Made by a program: the position numbers and the translations under genes. Below the pieces are notes generated by a model that ran no database searches, was not told the DNA's origin, and worked only from the letters and a program-made list of their open reading frames with translations. This document shows positions 60,272-64,000 of a DNA stretch of 64,000 nt, piece by piece. Numbering within the stretch: the first letter of the stretch is position 1; each line of letters begins with the position of its first letter. The DNA is from an uncultured Armatimonadetes bacterium (GTDB taxonomy: Bacteria > Armatimonadota > Hebobacteria > Hebobacterales > Hebobacteraceae): positions 3,008,001 through 3,072,000 of the forward strand of contig OY970296.1 in assembly GCA_963716175.1 (NCBI GenBank). The letters run 5' to 3'.

Positions 60272-60304
60272 AAAAAGAAAGGCCACCGCCTACGGGCGGT
60301 GGCC
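60272..60304 (-). terminator. Intrinsic terminator-like hairpin between the ftsL-like gene and ftsI
   Basis: GGCCACCGCC-CGTA-GGCGGTGGCC followed by TTTCTTTTT on the minus strand. Confidence 0.7.
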
Positions 60305-60820
60305 CTTCACCGTGCTCGCCTCGGCCCGGCCCCTGGCGCTGTCGGCCACCTCTGTCGCCAGTTCCGCCAGCACTGTGGCCAAGCCCCCGGACGCTTGCGC
60401 TGGGCCCCGGGTCGCCAGTTGCACCCCTGCCTCCTGTTCGGAGTAGGGGAGGACCACGTAGTCAACCTCCTGCACCGGGTCGGCCGGGCGCAGCCCCAGA
60501 CTGGTTGCGGCCTGCTGCAGGCGCTGGTTGGACTCCGTCAGGTTGATCTGATAGCGCAGCAGCGCATTCTGTGCCCGCAGATTCTCGATCTCTCGCCGCA
60601 GCCCCATGGCCGCATAGGCGTTGCGCGTGGCGAGAGCACACCCCATGGCGTAGAATAGCATGAAGGATAGCACCAGGGCGGCGAGCACGGTTGCGGCTAA
60701 GCCTGCTTGCATCCCCACCGGCCTTCTCCAAGGCACTCTGCCGGGCTGTTGTTTGGAGGAAATGGGCAGATCCCTGGTTCGGCCTTGCCAAGACATTTGC
60801 TGCGATTGCATCCTGCTCAC
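60290..60820 (-). CDS. ftsL: FtsL-like cell division protein
   Basis: One TM, a coiled coil, then A..LGL; lies between rsmH and ftsI. Confidence 0.6.
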   Translation of the reverse strand: MSRMQSQQMSWQGRTRDLPISSKQQPGRVPWRRPVGMQAGLAATVLAALVLSFMLFYAMGCALATRNAYAAMGLRREIENLRAQNALLRYQINLTESNQRLQQAATSLGLRPADPVQEVDYVVLPYSEQEAGVQLATRGPAQASGGLATVLAELATEVADSARGRAEASTVKGHRP

Positions 60821-60891
60821 CGCCCTGTTTCAGTTTTCGATTATTGGACAGGAGCTTGCCTGCCTGTGGCGGGCCTGCCTCCCTGCCTTTA

Positions 60892-61863
60892 CTACAGCCG
60901 TTCCGCGGCCCGCAGCACCGCGGACCTGGCCCTCGGGTTCTCGCTTGCCTCCTCCGCGGAGGGCTTCACCGCTCGCTTGGTCAAGATCCGCACCTGCGGC
61001 TCCGGTGAAACACCCTCGGACGGGAACGGCGGGCACAAGCTGTGACCACTGGATCGGCGGAACGCCCCCTTGGTTTCCCCGCCTTCAAGACTCTGGTAGG
61101 TCAAGACCACGATTCTGCCGTGACGCCTGGTGCGATGGATGGCTGCGTTCAGGGCTGCGTGAAGCGCTCCGAGTTCATCGTTCACGGCGATTCTCAAGGC
61201 CATAAACGACTTCGTGGCTGCGTGAAGGCGTTTCGGTCGCGCCCGTGCTGGGATAGCTGCTGTGACGATGGCTGCAAGTTGTGCTGTCGTCGTGATCCGT
61301 TGCTGCTGTCGTGCGGTGGCGATTGCTTGTGCGATTTTTCGTGCCCGCCGTTCCCCTCCGTACTCCCAGAGAATGCGTGCTAGCTCTTCCTCTGGCAGTC
61401 GGTTCACCAGGTCGGCTGCGGTGGTGTGCTCCCTCGGATCCATTCTCATGTCCAGCGGCCCCTCCAACCGGAAGCTGAAGCCTCGTCTCGCGGTTGTCAG
61501 TTGCTCCATGGAGGCGCCGCAGTCAATCAGCACTCCATCCACCGCATCCACGCCGAGCTTGTCTAAGATCACCTCCAATCGCGCATAGTTATCATCTACT
61601 AACGTCACCCGGCCCCGGCCGGCTAGTCTGGCTTTCGCTCTCTCGATCGCCTCGGGATCCCGGTCAATCCCGATCAGCCATCCCGCCTTAGCTGAGGCCT
61701 CGGCGGGCAAGCCCCCGGGGGAGATGCAATCCAGAATCGCTCCTGCATGTCCGCCCGACCCTAGCGTTGCATCCACCACCGTCTGCCCTGGCGTACAGGC
61801 CAGGTATGCCAACACCTCCTTCACCATCACCGGCCGGTGTTCGCCCGGCGCCTGCTCCTGCAT
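60892..61863 (-). CDS. rsmH: 16S rRNA m4C1402 methyltransferase
   Basis: HRPVM, DATLGSGGH, RGFSF, PLDMRMD, NPRARSA. Confidence 0.95.
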   Translation of the reverse strand: MQEQAPGEHRPVMVKEVLAYLACTPGQTVVDATLGSGGHAGAILDCISPGGLPAEASAKAGWLIGIDRDPEAIERAKARLAGRGRVTLVDDNYARLEVILDKLGVDAVDGVLIDCGASMEQLTTARRGFSFRLEGPLDMRMDPREHTTAADLVNRLPEEELARILWEYGGERRARKIAQAIATARQQQRITTTAQLAAIVTAAIPARARPKRLHAATKSFMALRIAVNDELGALHAALNAAIHRTRRHGRIVVLTYQSLEGGETKGAFRRSSGHSLCPPFPSEGVSPEPQVRILTKRAVKPSAEEASENPRARSAVLRAAERL

Positions 61864-61873
61864 CCCTGCTCCG

Positions 61874-61939
61874 CCCCTCGACTGCGCTCGGGGTGGCCCT
61901 GATTCCCTTCCTCGGGGCGATCCTGAGCCTGTCGAAGGA
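61874..61939. repeat. Inverted pair of REP-like elements between mraZ and rsmH
   Basis: CCCTCGACTGCGCTCGGGGT ... ATCCTGAGCCTGTCGAAGGA; same family as the element nested in aroA. Confidence 0.6.
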
Positions 61940-61964
61940 CCGCCCCGCCCGGCCAGCCAGGTTG

Positions 61965-62396
61965 TCAGATGTCAAGATTGAGTTCCGCGGCCTCGGCCAT
62001 GATGCGCTCGGGCTGGAAATGCTCCGCCTGGTAGGCGAGCCAGCGGTCTTTAGCCCAGATCTCGATCCGGTTGATCGCCCCTCGCACCGTCACATCCCGG
62101 TGAATGCCGGCCTGCTCTCGCAGCGCCGCGGGCAGCATCAACCTGCCTTGCCGGTCCAGCCACACCTTGCTGCCGCCGCTGAAGAACTGCCTCACCCGGT
62201 CACCTTTCAGGTCGGTCAGGCGCACCTGGCTCAGCTTCTCCTCGAGCTTCAGCCACTGCTCCCAGGGGAAGAGAAAGAGACAGCCATACCAGCCGCGGGT
62301 GACGAAGCCGCCGTGCTCGAGGCTGTCTCGAAACGCTCGGGGAACTGCTACTCGCCCTCGGTCATCCAGTTGATGCTCGACCTCGCCCGTTAGCAT
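61965..62396 (-). CDS. mraZ: Division/cell wall cluster repressor MraZ
   Basis: LDDRGR..VP, LDRQGR, IEIW. Confidence 0.95.
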   Translation of the reverse strand: MLTGEVEHQLDDRGRVAVPRAFRDSLEHGGFVTRGWYGCLFLFPWEQWLKLEEKLSQVRLTDLKGDRVRQFFSGGSKVWLDRQGRLMLPAALREQAGIHRDVTVRGAINRIEIWAKDRWLAYQAEHFQPERIMAEAAELNLDI

Positions 62397-62517
62397 CGCC
62401 GGTGTCCGGTGTCCCTCGTTGCCCTGTCTCGCCTCACGGGGGGAACACTGCTCCCGGCCTCGCCCAAGACCGGGATTTCTCCCCCGCTCTCCCCCGGGCT
62501 AGGGAAGATGCTGCGTG

Positions 62518-62545
62518 ATCTTACCACAATCTTCCACGAAGTCAA
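62518..62545 (-). promoter_or_regulatory. dcw promoter with MraZ boxes
   Basis: TTGACT-16bp-TAAGAT; two GTGG boxes 10 bp apart in the spacer, resembling MraZ-binding repeats. Confidence 0.65.
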
Positions 62546-62805
62546 GTGCCCACGCCCAGGAGCCCCAACTTTTTTGCGCTTGCATGGCGAACGAACAATC
62601 GCAAATACCCGTTTGCGACGAGGGGAAAGGATGATGCGAGGTGGCGCTTCCTAGGGAGAGAAGGATACGCGTCTGGGAAGACGCCTACCACACAGCCGTC
62701 ACATGGTTCGATCGAGCGGGGCAGCAAGACCACGTGCCGCCCGTGGGTCATCAGCCCAGCGGACGGCACGGGTATTGGACGACGCGCTCATTGCTCAGCA
62801 CCGGC

Positions 62806-63912
62806 TCACCTAGCGGCGCCCTGCGGTCCGGAAGGACCCCCTGCAGCTGGGCGTCCACTACCACCCGGCACGGGGAGGGTGACCGGGGCCAGGTACTCGG
62901 GTCTAACGGCCGGGGCCATAGCAAGGAAAGGCTCCCCGCGGCCGTTCTCGTCATAGGCCGTGCCTTGGAACCAGTAGATCGGCTGTACTGTGTCTAGACG
63001 CCACCCCGTCCCGCCCTCGAAGTAGCGCAGCTCGACACTCTCCACCTCCCCACGATACTGGTGATTAGCGCTGTGCGGGCCGGCGATCCTGCCCTCGTCC
63101 GACTGGGCCACGGCCAAGGCCTCTTCCGGCGACAGCAGCGGATACCGGCCGACAAGAGCAAGTTCGCGCATGCATCGGTTCACTGAATAGATCTCCCCGC
63201 GGCCATTGACCATAACAGTGAATTCGCCGTCGGAGATCCCGTCCAGGAAGCGACTGTAGACAACCTTTCGGCTGAGCAATACTGGTCGCTGGGTACTCTC
63301 TCCGGGAAAGGTATAGCCTCTGGATTCTCCTGCGCGCACCTCGACCAGCCGGCACCCATCTGGCAGTAAAGCGGTCTTGGCGAGGAAACTCTCGGCGGCC
63401 GCGGTGGTCTCCTCCTCGGGGACGGCGCCTACCACCGATTCCACGGAAGCCTCCGGCTGCGGCGATCTATCCAACCAGAAGGCGTAGAAGTTGCCATCCG
63501 ATTGGTAAGAGAGATTGAACCCCTCAGGGCCGCCGATATTGTACTCATTCGGGTCCTGCATCGTCTCAGGGGCCTCAGGGTAGTCTTTCGGATTCAGGGA
63601 CACTCCAAGCCGCGCAGCCAGGGCGCAGGCCGCAGTCTTCGTCGCCGGTTCACGCACGACTCCGTAGGCCGCCGCCCTATCCGGCAGGTACATCCTCGCC
63701 GCTTCGACTACTCCGGCCCCCCAGGCCAGCCCCATACTGGAGCCCTGTCCGCCGTGCTGCGGGAGACGGATCCTCTCGAGACGCGGCAGCGAGCGCTTTT
63801 CCGTCGCAGAGGGATGGACTGCCTTAGGGGACAACCCAAATGCCGCGGCCAGCGCCGCAGCACACAGCACAAGAACGATGAGCCCATACTTTGAGAACAG
63901 TCCGTTCTTCAT
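62806..63912 (-). CDS. Secreted or membrane-anchored hypothetical protein
   Basis: AGGAGG RBS, N-terminal hydrophobic helix, ~368-aa ORF. Confidence 0.65.
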   Translation of the reverse strand: MKNGLFSKYGLIVLVLCAAALAAAFGLSPKAVHPSATEKRSLPRLERIRLPQHGGQGSSMGLAWGAGVVEAARMYLPDRAAAYGVVREPATKTAACALAARLGVSLNPKDYPEAPETMQDPNEYNIGGPEGFNLSYQSDGNFYAFWLDRSPQPEASVESVVGAVPEEETTAAAESFLAKTALLPDGCRLVEVRAGESRGYTFPGESTQRPVLLSRKVVYSRFLDGISDGEFTVMVNGRGEIYSVNRCMRELALVGRYPLLSPEEALAVAQSDEGRIAGPHSANHQYRGEVESVELRYFEGGTGWRLDTVQPIYWFQGTAYDENGRGEPFLAMAPAVRPEYLAPVTLPVPGGSGRPAAGGPSGPQGAAR

Positions 63913-64000
63913 GGCGCGCCTCCTGGGCATCCGGCATCAGCGGCGGTCACTTAGGGTAGTCCCACCAAGTGAAAGCGTTTAGGTTGTCATCGCATGCGTG

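Noticed and set aside
44000-61000. Many long plus-strand ORFs across the dcw cluster
   Set aside because: They are antisense shadows of high-GC minus-strand genes.

Overview
GC-rich bacterial chromosome segment. SLH-anchored surface proteins plus a dcw cluster carrying DUF881/sbp suggest an Armatimonadota-like or other Terrabacterial genome (inference). Left to right: (1) a partial GT2-TPR gene, a small methyltransferase and two transposase relics; (2) a ~13 kb defence-type island (3.5-16.7 kb) with a translationally coupled three-gene operon (Dcd-fold protein with an altered catalytic site and two C-terminal TM helices; B12-dependent radical SAM enzyme; HD-phosphohydrolase/N6-adenine DNA methyltransferase fusion), a Type IIG R-M enzyme, a PIN-like/coiled-coil/TM protein and an HExxH peptidase; (3) two large FG-GAP/ASPIC-UnbV/SLH genes; (4) tandem XerC-like recombinases next to the RNase P RNA gene rnpB, then accessory genes (Phd-VapC, Ser/Thr kinase, PadR and others) interspersed with degenerate rnpB copies, two of which are internally deleted mini-rnpB units that keep P2/P3/P4 elements; (5) housekeeping genes (nucleotidyltransferase, aroC, aroA, tRNA-Lys, rhomboid, redoxin, HNH) and a dcw cluster from mraZ to ftsA-murG, with no ftsZ here. 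Several core genes carry in-frame REP-like palindromes, and several have single-base frameshifts that are probably assembly errors. The two best candidates for a new system are the Dcd-2TM/radical SAM/HD-MTase operon and the rnpB-derived repeat array beside the recombinase pair. All calls come from reading motifs by eye; no database search was run.
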